IMG/VR virus record: IMGVR_UViG_3300034655_000019
Source: a virus
Strand: one strand, 5' to 3'
DNA: 41,702 nucleotides
Of this stretch, positions 1 through 9,084 are shown piece after piece; position 1 is the first letter of the stretch; every line of letters begins with the position of its first letter. A program made the translations under genes and the position numbers. The notes beneath the pieces were generated by a model. That model made no database searches. It had not been told where the DNA came from and saw only the letters and a program-made list of their open reading frames with translations.

Positions 1-127
1 TGATGGGGCTAGACACCACCGGCATGCCCGGCGGCGGCGGCTTCAATCTTGGCTCGCTAGGTTCGCTCTACAGCAGCGCAACGAAATTGCCCTACGTGGG
101 CGATGCCATTAGTGGGGTGGGCAGCGC
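1..127. repeat. Terminal overlap, copy 1 (identical to 41576..41702)
   Basis: Base-by-base reading: tgatggggctagacaccaccggcatgcccggcggcggcggcttcaatc...ggtgggcagcgc at both ends. Confidence 0.95.
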
Positions 128-2423
128 GCTCGGGTTTGGTAGCTCTGCCGCTGCAGGCGGCCTGTACGCCAATGCGCTCACCGGCAGCGCAGCAGCAGGG
201 GGCTTATACGCTGGCGCGTCAACGGGTGCTGCCGTGGGTGGCCTTTACGGCAACGCTTTAACTGGCGCTGCAACTACCGCAGGCGGCGGCTTTATGAGCG
301 CTGCAAGCGCCGCCATGCCGTGGGTAGGTGGCGCGCTGCTGGTCGATAACGTGCTCGGGCTGGGCATTGTTGACGGCATTGTGGGCAGCATTAGCTCCCT
401 CTTCGGCGGCCGCAAAACCGCCCCTAAGTTCGAGTTAGCCACCGTAGGGCAGGACGTAGACCCCACCCGGCATGGTCTGTTTGAAAACTACGGGGAGGGT
501 GTGTACAGCCGTGGGGCGCTGGGTACCGTAGGGTTTTATGACCCTAACACTGCCCGCTTGGAAGAAACGTTCGACGGCTTCGATAACGCCAAGGCGTTTT
601 TAGACGGCATCACCGCGCTAGATAACGCCCTGGTGGGGGCAGCCGCCAACCTAGATAACGGCGCAGAGAAAACGCAGGCCATGGCCAGCGCCGCCCAGGC
701 TGTGCGCTTAAACGCAGGCGATGCCGCCGGGATCGCGAACCAGCTCGCCACGCGTACGCTTGCCGTGGTCGATGTGTTAGATGGTGATTTTTCCGCATCG
801 TTACGCGGACTAGGGTTGGATGCCGAGCAAATTACCGGGCGCGTGGTGCAGGCCGCTAACACCATGCAGCTCCTCGACAGCAATAGCGCGCGCCTTAATT
901 TGCAGTTCGACGCCAGCGCCGCCGGGGCCATGCGCGCCGCCGATGGCATGGCGCAACTCATGGGCGGTGCCGACAACCTGAACGCTTCGCTGGGTAGTTT
1001 CTACGACACGTTCTACACCGAAGAGGAAAAACTACAGCACCTTACGGAAGATCTTTCCAGCACGTTTGCCAGTATGGGGCGCGAACTGCCCACCACCCGC
1101 CAAGGCGTGCGGGATGTGGTCGAAAGCCTGGAGCTCATGGGCGCGGCTGGGCAAGAGCAGCTAGCCACCATTTTGCAAACCACCCCGGCGCTGCGTGAGT
1201 ACGTGGCCGCCATGGAGGCCCAGCAAACCGCCGCACAAACCGCCGCGCAGCTCAGCTACAGCAGCATTGTCGGCATCGACGGCGCGCTAGATGACTACAA
1301 CACCGCTGTTTCTCTCGCTGAACGGCTCGCCAGCCAGCGCCGCCAGCAGTTGCAAGAAGAGCAGCGGGCGTTTGATCAGCTAGGCCAGCTGCTGGATTCA
1401 CTGATGCTCTCCAATCAGTCGATTCTCGATCCGATGGAGCGCCTCAACGAAGCCCAGCGGCAGTATGCCCAGTTAGAGATCAGAGCGCAGGCAGGCGACA
1501 CCCAAGCCGCTGGCCAGCTGCAGGGCGCGTCTAGCGCGTATCTGGACGCAGCGGCGGCGGTGTACGGGCAATCGTCTAGCCAGTACGCGATGATTTTTAA
1601 CGAGGTTACCGCGTCGGTGCGCTCGCTGGAAGATCAATACGGCGATTCCCTCGCCACGCTGGGCAGTATCGAGAGCATCGATCGACAGCTTCTACGTGAG
1701 CAACAGCGTGCACGGGATACACTCACGCGCACGCTTAGCGAGCAGATTCAAGCCAATGCCGAGCTATCCAGCTTGGGCGGCCTACTGGAGCTGCTGCCCA
1801 ATCATCTCGCTAACGCGCTATCGGGCATTTTGGGCCAAGCCGTCACGCCCAATGGCAATACGTACATACCCGGCGGTTTCGATGCCGAGGGTGACGCGCT
1901 GCTAACCGGCGCACGCGGCGGCGTGGCCGACGCGTTCCGCGACGTGTTAGGCCGCGACCCTGACGATTCAGGGCTTGCTTACTACGAGAGTGAATACAGC
2001 TCGGGCCGTATGTCGCTCGATGAAATTCGCCGCCGCTTGAGGGACAGCGACGAGGCGAATAATCGCGTGCATGGCTCGCACGCCACCGGCCTTTGGAACG
2101 TCCCGTTCGATGGCTACATTGCTGAGCTGCACAAAGGCGAGCTTGTCGCGCCTGCCGACACTGCACAGCGGTTACGTGAGCTGCCCATGCCCAACCTGCC
2201 GCCCATGCCGTTTTCAAACATGGGCAGCAATCAAGCCACTGCCGCTCCTGCTATCAACCTGGAACCTCTACTACGCAAAATCGGCGCGTTAACCGCAGAG
2301 CTATCACAGCTTCGCGGGGAACGTGCCGATGATGCGGAGCGTGCAGCGCGTCAGCGTCAGGCTCAGTTACGCGAGCAAGAGCGCGCCCGTGGCCGTGCGA
2401 AAAAAGGAGTGAAAACGGTATGA
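1..2423 (+). CDS. Tail tape measure protein, C-terminal part (5' part is 39211..41702 across the circular junction)
   Basis: Open frame from the window start. Gly/Ala-rich hydrophobic segment (GGLYANALTG repeats), long Ala/Gln coiled-coil. DUF4214-like motif DAFRDVLGRDPDDSGLAYYESEY. C-terminal HKGELVAPA motif typical of lambda-family TMP ends. Confidence 0.9.
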   Translation, partial: MGLDTTGMPGGGGFNLGSLGSLYSSATKLPYVGDAISGVGSALGFGSSAAAGGLYANALTGSAAAGGLYAGASTGAAVGGLYGNALTGAATTAGGGFMSAASAAMPWVGGALLVDNVLGLGIVDGIVGSISSLFGGRKTAPKFELATVGQDVDPTRHGLFENYGEGVYSRGALGTVGFYDPNTARLEETFDGFDNAKAFLDGITALDNALVGAAANLDNGAEKTQAMASAAQAVRLNAGDAAGIANQLATRTLAVVDVLDGDFSASLRGLGLDAEQITGRVVQAANTMQLLDSNSARLNLQFDASAAGAMRAADGMAQLMGGADNLNASLGSFYDTFYTEEEKLQHLTEDLSSTFASMGRELPTTRQGVRDVVESLELMGAAGQEQLATILQTTPALREYVAAMEAQQTAAQTAAQLSYSSIVGIDGALDDYNTAVSLAERLASQRRQQLQEEQRAFDQLGQLLDSLMLSNQSILDPMERLNEAQRQYAQLEIRAQAGDTQAAGQLQGASSAYLDAAAAVYGQSSSQYAMIFNEVTASVRSLEDQYGDSLATLGSIESIDRQLLREQQRARDTLTRTLSEQIQANAELSSLGGLLELLPNHLANALSGILGQAVTPNGNTYIPGGFDAEGDALLTGARGGVADAFRDVLGRDPDDSGLAYYESEYSSGRMSLDEIRRRLRDSDEANNRVHGSHATGLWNVPFDGYIAELHKGELVAPADTAQRLRELPMPNLPPMPFSNMGSNQATAAPAINLEPLLRKIGALTAELSQLRGERADDAERAARQRQAQLREQERARGRAKKGVKTV

Positions 2424-3871
2424 CGGACGCGGAGTACAACGACTGGCTGAGCGACCTAGCCGCGCCTCGTGTGCTGTTGTGTGAGCTGGACTATGCGGGC
2501 GGTACCGAATACCTCGCTAACCGCCCGTATATCTCAAAGCCCACCGATGACCCGCCCAACCGGATCTATGACGACCTGATTGCCGAGGCCATCGACATCA
2601 CCACGCGCATCGATGGCGAGATCGAGTTTGGCGAGATCCAACTGATTAACGATGGCGAGATCACCCATTGGTCTACGCGGGCCTGGGAAGGGCACGCGAT
2701 ACGGCTTTACTTGGGCGGCCCTGGCTGGCCGCTGGCAGATTTTCGGTTGCACGCCCAGGGCATTAACGCGGGGATTAATAACGACCGCCGCGGTGAACTG
2801 TCGTTCGATATGGTGGATCAATCCGCGCTGTTTGATGAGCCGATCGATACCGGGCGGCTTCCCGATGACGCCGGGCCGGTACCGCTGGCATTGGGCACGG
2901 TGTACAACGCCCCGGCGTTTCGCACCAGTGACGGCACGCAGTACGAATACAAAGCCTCTTATCTGCCGTGCGTGTCGCTGACGCCCAAAGAGGGTGGATC
3001 AACCACGCTCAACGTGACGACACACCCAGCGGAAGGCCGGTTTGTGCTGGATGCCCCGACCTCGTTGGATCTCACGGTCGATATTGCCGAGGCCCACAAC
3101 ACGCCTGCGTTAATCGCTGAGTGGGTGGCGGGTTACTACGGCATCACCGTAGGCGAGATCGCGCTACCCGCGTATGCCGCCGGGCTGTACTACTCCGGCG
3201 AAGTGACCGGCAGGCAAGTGCTCGATGACTTGTGTTCAGGTTTGGGGGCGTATTGGTACCTCAATGCGCTGGGTGCGTTGGTGGTACGTCAGCATGTGAT
3301 TCCCGCCACGCCGGAGGTGGTCATTGATGTAGACGACATTGAGTACGACCGCATTGCGATGGTGGACACCCAGCAGCCCTGGCGGCAGCTCACGCTGCAT
3401 TGGGGCCGCAACTACGCGCCCATTCGCACGCTCGCGGCGATTGTCGAAACCGACACGCCCACCGAGGCGGCGCGGCTGCAGCGTGAGTGGTCATCATCGG
3501 TGGCCACGCAACCCGTGGATGATCACCCCCAAGCGGAAGCCGTAACGCGTGATAGCTGCATCCAAGACGACGCGGACGCGGCCACCGAACGCGACCGGTT
3601 GCTAACGCTTCGCTGTGTGCGCGCCGATGTGTGGGAGATGGATGCACGGTTTCCGCCGGTGTTTCTCGGGCAAGGCGTCGAGATTGACCACCCGCGTACA
3701 TCGGGATTGATCGGGCTGATTATTTCGGTTAGCCGTTCGCCCACGCGCTCTACTACCACGATTCAAGTTTGGTTCCCGGCCCCGTGGGTGCCGGGGCAGT
3801 TCACGGCCTCGGTCGATGCCCTCGACATTGCCGTACAAGACACCCTTCCCGCGCTATTTGAAGAGGCGTAA
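2420..3871 (+). CDS. Tail-tip structural protein directly after the tape measure (distal tail/hub position), family not recognised
   Basis: ATGA start/stop overlap with the TMP gene; 483 aa; synteny only. Confidence 0.6.
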   Translation: MTDAEYNDWLSDLAAPRVLLCELDYAGGTEYLANRPYISKPTDDPPNRIYDDLIAEAIDITTRIDGEIEFGEIQLINDGEITHWSTRAWEGHAIRLYLGGPGWPLADFRLHAQGINAGINNDRRGELSFDMVDQSALFDEPIDTGRLPDDAGPVPLALGTVYNAPAFRTSDGTQYEYKASYLPCVSLTPKEGGSTTLNVTTHPAEGRFVLDAPTSLDLTVDIAEAHNTPALIAEWVAGYYGITVGEIALPAYAAGLYYSGEVTGRQVLDDLCSGLGAYWYLNALGALVVRQHVIPATPEVVIDVDDIEYDRIAMVDTQQPWRQLTLHWGRNYAPIRTLAAIVETDTPTEAARLQREWSSSVATQPVDDHPQAEAVTRDSCIQDDADAATERDRLLTLRCVRADVWEMDARFPPVFLGQGVEIDHPRTSGLIGLIISVSRSPTRSTTTIQVWFPAPWVPGQFTASVDALDIAVQDTLPALFEEA

Positions 3872-3873
3872 CG

Positions 3874-5436
3874 ATGCCCACTATCCCGCAAGAGATCAGT
3901 CAGTCAACGAAAACGCTGACGGATAACGCCACCATCGTCGAGCAGTTCGCTCAAGGGGCCGCGAACACGTTCATTCCCGTGCGCGGCGGCACCCTGCGCC
4001 CGCTGCTCTACTGGCAAGGCACGTTTCAAAACAAAGTGACCGAGCTGGCACAGCCCTATGTTGACCATCTGGTTCAGGCTAATCAGGTGGCAGATTCAAA
4101 AGTTCAGGCCGCGTCTGACAGCGCCGCCGCTGCTAATCAATCCGCACAGGAGGCCGCTGCGAGCGCGGCGTCAGTGGATTTTCCCACGCGGTTAGCAGAG
4201 CTCAACGCACAGCAAACCCGGCTGGCCCGGTCGCTGGCAGCGATTGGCGACCACGGCCAATCCATGCACATGGACTTTCTGCGTCAGGCGTTCGCGCTGG
4301 GGAATCTGGAAGGGCTGAACCGCACATTATCGTTCACTGAGCTGTTCCCGGACTTTACGCGGGAAAGCCCGAAATGGGTGTTTGATGCCACTGGCACTCT
4401 GGTTGAGGTGGGGATCGATGAGCCTGCGTTTGATCATGATCCATTAACGGGTGAGCCCCTAGGGCCGTTGATTGAGAGAGGGGCGACGAATCTGCTGAGC
4501 AGTTCAACGTTACATTCCTCAGTGAGGGGAGTCGAGTTAGTCGGAGCTGCTCCTATTAGCGCCCCCGATGGATCATCGGATGCGAAAGCGTATAGGGTCA
4601 CAGATTTGGGCGTACTTCCTTTTTTGCGATATGGATCTCCTATTTCTGGCGACGATGGGATTGGAAAGGCGTCTAGTATATTTGTTAGGGCTCCAGCCGG
4701 GGCTAGCGTTTCTGTAAAAATTGAATCTGATGACCGTGGGATTAAAACATTCTCTTTAAATGGCGCGGAATGGTTACGCATAGCGACTGATAGTGTCGGT
4801 ATGAGCAAGCCCTTCAGTGGCTTTTTTGATCTAGAGTTTCGTGGGTCTGACGGCTGGCAGGTTGGCGATGAAATTTATGTTTGGGGCGCCCAGCTAGAAG
4901 AAGGCAGCAAGCCCACCTCCTACATTCCAACAACAAACGGACCTGTAACCCGCGCACCTGACAACCTTGGCCGCTTGCTGGGCGATGAGTACCGGCAGGA
5001 TGAGGGCACTATTGTATTCAGCTATAGCCCCCCTGCGCTGTCGCAGGGTGACACCCCCTTTATCTATAGCATTAATGATGGCACACACAACAATTCAATG
5101 AGTTTGGTGTTCAGTAACAGCACGCTAACGTCGGTCAGCTACGCAGATATGCGTGCTGATGGCTTTCCAGCGGTGTACTTCGGCACTGGCTCAACGGCAT
5201 TCGGGCCGTTCGAAAAAAACGCTATTAGATATAGCCGTGACGGCTCATTGGCGCTTGCTAAAAAAGGTGATTTGTACAAAGCGACAGGCGAGCCACTTTC
5301 TACGCTTGGGCTAAATAACCTAATTTTAGGTGGGCGCGTGCAGTCAACCGCTAACAACCTGAATGGCCACCTTCGTTACCTGCTTTATATCCCCCGCGCT
5401 GTCTCTGACGCAAAGCTCCAGGAGTTGATCACATGA
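3874..5436 (+). CDS. Tail fibre / receptor-binding protein with LamG/ConA-like C-terminal domain
   Basis: Ala/Gln-rich coiled N-terminus. Motif VWGAQLEEGSKPTSYIPTTNGPVTRAPDNL, typical of phage fibre jelly-roll domains. C-terminal half is visibly AT-richer. Confidence 0.7.
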   Translation: MPTIPQEISQSTKTLTDNATIVEQFAQGAANTFIPVRGGTLRPLLYWQGTFQNKVTELAQPYVDHLVQANQVADSKVQAASDSAAAANQSAQEAAASAASVDFPTRLAELNAQQTRLARSLAAIGDHGQSMHMDFLRQAFALGNLEGLNRTLSFTELFPDFTRESPKWVFDATGTLVEVGIDEPAFDHDPLTGEPLGPLIERGATNLLSSSTLHSSVRGVELVGAAPISAPDGSSDAKAYRVTDLGVLPFLRYGSPISGDDGIGKASSIFVRAPAGASVSVKIESDDRGIKTFSLNGAEWLRIATDSVGMSKPFSGFFDLEFRGSDGWQVGDEIYVWGAQLEEGSKPTSYIPTTNGPVTRAPDNLGRLLGDEYRQDEGTIVFSYSPPALSQGDTPFIYSINDGTHNNSMSLVFSNSTLTSVSYADMRADGFPAVYFGTGSTAFGPFEKNAIRYSRDGSLALAKKGDLYKATGEPLSTLGLNNLILGGRVQSTANNLNGHLRYLLYIPRAVSDAKLQELIT

Positions 5437-5852
5437 TCGATGCCATTCTGTATGTCGCAAATTTCCCCGCGTTAGTTGGCCATCTTGATACTCACCACTC
5501 CGAGATGCTGGAGCGCGATGAAACCGGCGCGCTAACGCAACCGCCGGTGGTCACCGGCTTTGCACGAACACCCGCCGCCATGACGGGTATTGAGCTGATG
5601 GTGTACGCCCGGCTGAAAGATCAATTGGCCGATCAATGGCGCGGCATGCAAGGGGTGCGCGTACTGGCTGAGGCACCGTTTGATGGGCCGGGCACGACCG
5701 ATGCGGTCTATGCCGCGCTGTTCGCTGACCCGGAAGCGAAAGCCATTTATGACCGTGTTTACCCTCATGAGCCGTACACCATTACTGACCCCGATATGGG
5801 TGAAGTAGTGGTAATGCCACCCGAGCGTTTCGGCGCGATGGCAGGAGGGTGA
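5433..5852 (+). CDS. Hypothetical tail-module protein
   Basis: ATGA overlap with the upstream fibre gene; 139 aa; no family recognised. Confidence 0.5.
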   Translation: MIDAILYVANFPALVGHLDTHHSEMLERDETGALTQPPVVTGFARTPAAMTGIELMVYARLKDQLADQWRGMQGVRVLAEAPFDGPGTTDAVYAALFADPEAKAIYDRVYPHEPYTITDPDMGEVVVMPPERFGAMAGG

Positions 5853-5855
5853 TGG

Positions 5856-6674
5856 ATGGCTAACAACCTACGCATGATCGTCAACAACGCACACGATGGC
5901 GCCCTGTTGTCCGCTACCACCAACGCCTTACCGATTGCCTACACACAGCAATCAAAACGTGTGAAGCCGTGGCGCTCTGACGGCACTGGTGAGCAGGTGA
6001 TAGAGGGCACGCTACCCGCCCCGACGCTGTTATCCGGCGGCATCCTGTATCGAAACAACCTCTCTGCGGGTTCGCGGGTGCGCCTTGAGATTTTGAACGG
6101 CATCGGCACCGCTTGGGATTCAGGGCTTAGGTCGGTGTCAGGCGTGATACCGCTGGGGGAATTCCGGTTCGGTATCGACAAGTGGGGCGCTACGTCCACC
6201 GATGACCTGCCCGTTAAAGAGTCACGGTTCTGGTTTCCATCAACGCTGGCCACGGGCTACCGCTGGACCATCACCGATGCGGATAACCCGGATGGGTACA
6301 TCGAGATTGGCCGTATCGTCATGGGGCCGGTCATCTCACCGAAATTTAACCCTAGCTTTGGGCTGAGTCTCGAAGCCGAGGATTTTAGCCAGCACCGGCG
6401 TACTGAGGGGCTTTCGCTTTATACGATCGGCGACGGAGAGGCGCGGCGGCTTGAGTTTGATTTAAACCACCTGATCGACACCGATCGCCAGAATTTGACT
6501 AGAGCGTTTCGGCGTGCCGGTAAGCGTACCGATATTTACGTGAGCGTTTTTCCCGAGGCTGGCGGCTTTGATGAAGCGGAGTATGCGTTCCTGGGGCGTC
6601 GAGAAAACAACTGGAAGCACACCCATAACCGGCCCAGAAACTGGCAATCCAAAATAGTCATTATCGAGGTGTAA
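5856..6674 (+). CDS. Hypothetical tail/baseplate-module protein
   Basis: GGAGGG RBS before the ATG; 272 aa; tightly packed in the tail operon. Confidence 0.5.
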   Translation: MANNLRMIVNNAHDGALLSATTNALPIAYTQQSKRVKPWRSDGTGEQVIEGTLPAPTLLSGGILYRNNLSAGSRVRLEILNGIGTAWDSGLRSVSGVIPLGEFRFGIDKWGATSTDDLPVKESRFWFPSTLATGYRWTITDADNPDGYIEIGRIVMGPVISPKFNPSFGLSLEAEDFSQHRRTEGLSLYTIGDGEARRLEFDLNHLIDTDRQNLTRAFRRAGKRTDIYVSVFPEAGGFDEAEYAFLGRRENNWKHTHNRPRNWQSKIVIIEV

Positions 6675-6676
6675 CC

Positions 6677-7417
6677 ATGGCCACCGCGCCCGCAGTCCCC
6701 AATTTTGCAGCAACAAATTTCGCGCTTGGCGACGATGACGAAGCCATCGACAAGCAGAACGCACAGAACGCCATGATGGTGAGCTATTTCAGCCAGTTCG
6801 GTGCGTTCGCCCACCAGCTCGAAACCGAGCAGCAACAGACGCTAGACAGCGCCAATCAGCTCCTGCAATCAATGAACGGCGTGTATCAAAACGTTGTTCA
6901 GGAACGTCAAGCCGCACAAACCGCCCGGCAGGAAGCCGAGGCCGCCCGCGATCAGGCACAGCAAATTGCCGTGGGCACGGTGGGAGTGACCGAGCTACAG
7001 CCGGGCGCGCTAGAAAATGCAATGGACTATGTGAGCGCTGAAGACGGTTCACTGACGGTGCGCAATCTGGATGTCGACTTTTCCACGCTGCTGGCGGGCG
7101 GGTATAAGCGCGCATCCCTGGCTAGATATGATGTTGCGTGGCAAATGGGCAATACCGGTTTCGACCTGGGGGGGCGGCAGGTATTCCGTGTTGATGCGAC
7201 GCAGCAGCGCACGCTAACGATCGTGAACCACCCCGGCGAAGATCGGGCGATGGTGGTGGTCATCAAGGTGTACGGCACGGTGCCGCCCATTTGGCCAAGC
7301 CAGTGGCAAGGCGCGTGGGTAGAAGGCGTGGAGCCGCTGCTAGGGGCCACTAAAACCACCATTGTGGGTTGGTGGGATGGTGACGAATGGGAGCTCTCAG
7401 TGGTGTCAAAGCTATGA
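6677..7417 (+). CDS. Second fibre-like protein (coiled-coil N-terminus)
   Basis: N-terminal Gln/Ala-rich heptad-like region (QERQAAQTARQEAEAARDQAQQ) resembling the N-terminus of 3874..5436. Confidence 0.5.
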   Translation: MATAPAVPNFAATNFALGDDDEAIDKQNAQNAMMVSYFSQFGAFAHQLETEQQQTLDSANQLLQSMNGVYQNVVQERQAAQTARQEAEAARDQAQQIAVGTVGVTELQPGALENAMDYVSAEDGSLTVRNLDVDFSTLLAGGYKRASLARYDVAWQMGNTGFDLGGRQVFRVDATQQRTLTIVNHPGEDRAMVVVIKVYGTVPPIWPSQWQGAWVEGVEPLLGATKTTIVGWWDGDEWELSVVSKL

Positions 7418-8043
7418 TGGAACTGATGATGATGCGGGGGGGAAACCGAGGACTGGAAACCCCCTGGCAATACGTGGGGTATGGGTACGAATACAGCTCA
7501 GCGCTGGCCATCACCGGGGCGCTCCCCACGAACGCTCAGCCGGGCGACCTGGTGGTATCGGTGATTTCAGCGCGGGCGTATAACGGTGATGTACGGGATC
7601 TCGACATGACCACCCCCGGCTGGACAGTGTTTAAAGCAGGGACGGTGGCCTGGGTCGCGGCCACGATTTACAGAGCAGGCATGGCCCCACCGGTGTGGGA
7701 ACAACCGTATTCCCGCTACGTGCGCGTGTTAACGTTTTGCTACCGCAATCCAGGGTGGTCGTCTATCAAGCTGGTCAGCTTACTGCCAGTTCAATCACCG
7801 GTCGATGTGGATGTGCAGGCACGTAATAGCCTGATTCTCAACATTGGTAGCACGACCGGTACATCCGGCTATTGGCGATTACCGAACACTGGAGAGTCGT
7901 TTTCTCAACGCTACAATACCCGTTCGTCACCCTCGCTGTACGTGACGTATGCAAATATCGCCACCCCGCGGCTGGTGGAAAACGTTTATGCGTACACGTC
8001 AGACGGCGGGGCTATTAGGAACATTATTTTAGTGGCGTATTAG
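7414..8043 (+). CDS. Hypothetical protein, last gene of the tail operon (alternative start 7387)
   Basis: ATG at 7414 overlaps the upstream TGA (ATGA); followed by a terminator at 8136. Confidence 0.45.
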   Translation: MMELMMMRGGNRGLETPWQYVGYGYEYSSALAITGALPTNAQPGDLVVSVISARAYNGDVRDLDMTTPGWTVFKAGTVAWVAATIYRAGMAPPVWEQPYSRYVRVLTFCYRNPGWSSIKLVSLLPVQSPVDVDVQARNSLILNIGSTTGTSGYWRLPNTGESFSQRYNTRSSPSLYVTYANIATPRLVENVYAYTSDGGAIRNIILVAY

Positions 8044-8135
8044 AAGGGAGTGGCCACCTAAGGTGCGGGATGCTGGGACGTTAGAGGCGCTCGACGCTAT
8101 CAGATGGTAAGGGCAATAAAGCGTAGTCGCACACC

Positions 8136-8156
8136 ACCGCCTTGAGCGGTTTTTTT
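8136..8156 (+). terminator. Rho-independent terminator ending the late/tail operon
   Basis: ACCGC-cttga-GCGGT stem followed by TTTTTT. Confidence 0.7.
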
Positions 8157-8163
8157 GTGCCTG

Positions 8164-8190
8164 AAAAACGCCCCGGTGGGTGCCGGGGCG
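8164..8190 (-). terminator. Hairpin with T-run on the minus strand (back-to-back with 8136 terminator)
   Basis: CGCCCCGG-tgggtg-CCGGGGCG; the minus strand reads hairpin then TTTTT. Confidence 0.45.
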
Positions 8191-8512
8191 GTGATTGCCG
8201 TTGCTGGTAAGTGTCGCTTATATGTTGCCTAAGTGTCTGCTGTTTGCGCCTAAGATTATGAATAAATTCAGCAGGTTAGTTTTAAGTTGCACTTTGAGAA
8301 TGCGTGTTTTAATAAAGGGGTAGGCGAAGCGATAGCGGCCTATTCTGCACAGAAGTCGCTCGGATTCTTGCCCAGGGCGTGCGTCGTGTTTTTATAGAGG
8401 TGTGCTGATTTGAGCATTATTTCGGGTAAACGGCGGTGCCCAGTAGGATCACTACCAAGCGCATAAACCCGCTTAGCAATTTTCCATTAGCGTCATGCGG
8501 TGTAGTATGATG

Positions 8513-8528
8513 CTGTATGTATACACAG
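8513..8528. promoter_or_regulatory. LexA (SOS) box
   Basis: CTGTATGTATACACAG = CTGT-N8-ACAG, 14/16 to CTGTATATATATACAG. Lies immediately after the TATGAT hexamer (8506-8511). Confidence 0.7.
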
Positions 8529-8568
8529 TTTTTAGGTGTGCGCAAACGCGCGCCGGGGAGGCGACACA

Positions 8569-8781
8569 ATGAGCGAGCAGCAGGGAACGACGCAGCGATA
8601 TAACACTAACGTACTGGTAGGCATTAACCAGCGCGATACGCTGCAGAACATTGATGTGATGATGGAATTTATGCAGGTGACCGGCGAAGAGTCGCACGCG
8701 GGCAGCCACATGATTCTAGCCATGGTGCGCGATGCGCTGGGGCATGAGCTGCAGCGCGCGGGCAAGCACGGCCCCCACTAG
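8569..8781 (+). CDS. Small (70 aa) hypothetical protein downstream of the LexA box; candidate SOS-inducible antirepressor
   Basis: ATG 8569 with GGAGG RBS 8 nt upstream. Product MSEQQGTTQRYNTNVLVGINQRDTLQNIDVMMEF...; no family recognised. Confidence 0.55.
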   Translation: MSEQQGTTQRYNTNVLVGINQRDTLQNIDVMMEFMQVTGEESHAGSHMILAMVRDALGHELQRAGKHGPH

Positions 8782-8948
8782 CCCCGCATTCACTCAGGCC
8801 CGGAGCGTTTTGAGAAAATTTTTTTAACACAGTTCGTGTCAAAACGCTTTTGGGATGCTAGGATTGGCAAACAGTGAATTGATGACCACCGCCGGACGGC
8901 GTTGGTTGGAAGGCAAAAAAGACATACAAATTAACTAGATAGACACCC

Positions 8949-8978
8949 AAAAGAAAAGCCCCAGTTGGCGCTGGGGCT
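8949..8978 (-). terminator. Orphan minus-strand rho-independent terminator inside the repA leader
   Basis: AGCCCCAG-ttggcg-CTGGGGCT 8-bp stem; the minus strand continues TTTTCTTTTGGG. No minus-strand CDS feeds it. Confidence 0.6.
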
Positions 8979-9035
8979 TCTCGGATGTTTTGGGCAGCAG
9001 ACTCTTAAGACTGGGCACAAAACCGACTCCCAAGA
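8949..9035 (-). ncRNA. Candidate antisense (CopA-like) countertranscript of the repA leader; 5' end not defined
   Basis: Terminator above plus a second imperfect stem-loop (ACTCTT...AAGAGT, 9000-9037). Only a weak -10-like TTAAAC near 9040-9045 on the minus strand. Confidence 0.3.
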
Positions 9036-9084
9036 GTTTAACTGTTGCACGAAGCGCGGGCAAGTCTCTACAGAGATTTTGCAA

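Noticed and set aside
1-127. The 127-bp terminal repeats considered as transposon ends or a phage direct terminal repeat
   Set aside because: The repeat lies inside a continuous coding frame of the tape-measure gene. An assembly overlap of a circle explains it fully.
245-2439. Minus-strand and off-frame ORFs inside the tape-measure gene (245..466, 536..976, 610..798, 1013..1213, 1696..1905, 1843..2217, 2071..2292, 2254..2439)
   Set aside because: They lie fully inside a long, well-supported + strand gene. Their Arg/Pro/Ser/Ala-rich composition is typical of spurious frames in GC-rich DNA, and they have no RBS.
8191-8470. Possible minus-strand gene or sRNA feeding the 8164-8190 hairpin (e.g. 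a 25-codon ORF from 8417 down to 8340)
   Set aside because: Only a tiny ORF without an RBS was found and no convincing promoter. The region is left as unexplained AT-richer non-coding DNA.
8965-9084. TTG-initiated 40-codon N-terminal extension of RepA
   Set aside because: The start lies inside a terminator hairpin and the sequence is not RepA-like. The first ATG is 9085. The extension might conceivably act as a leader peptide, but I cannot support that.
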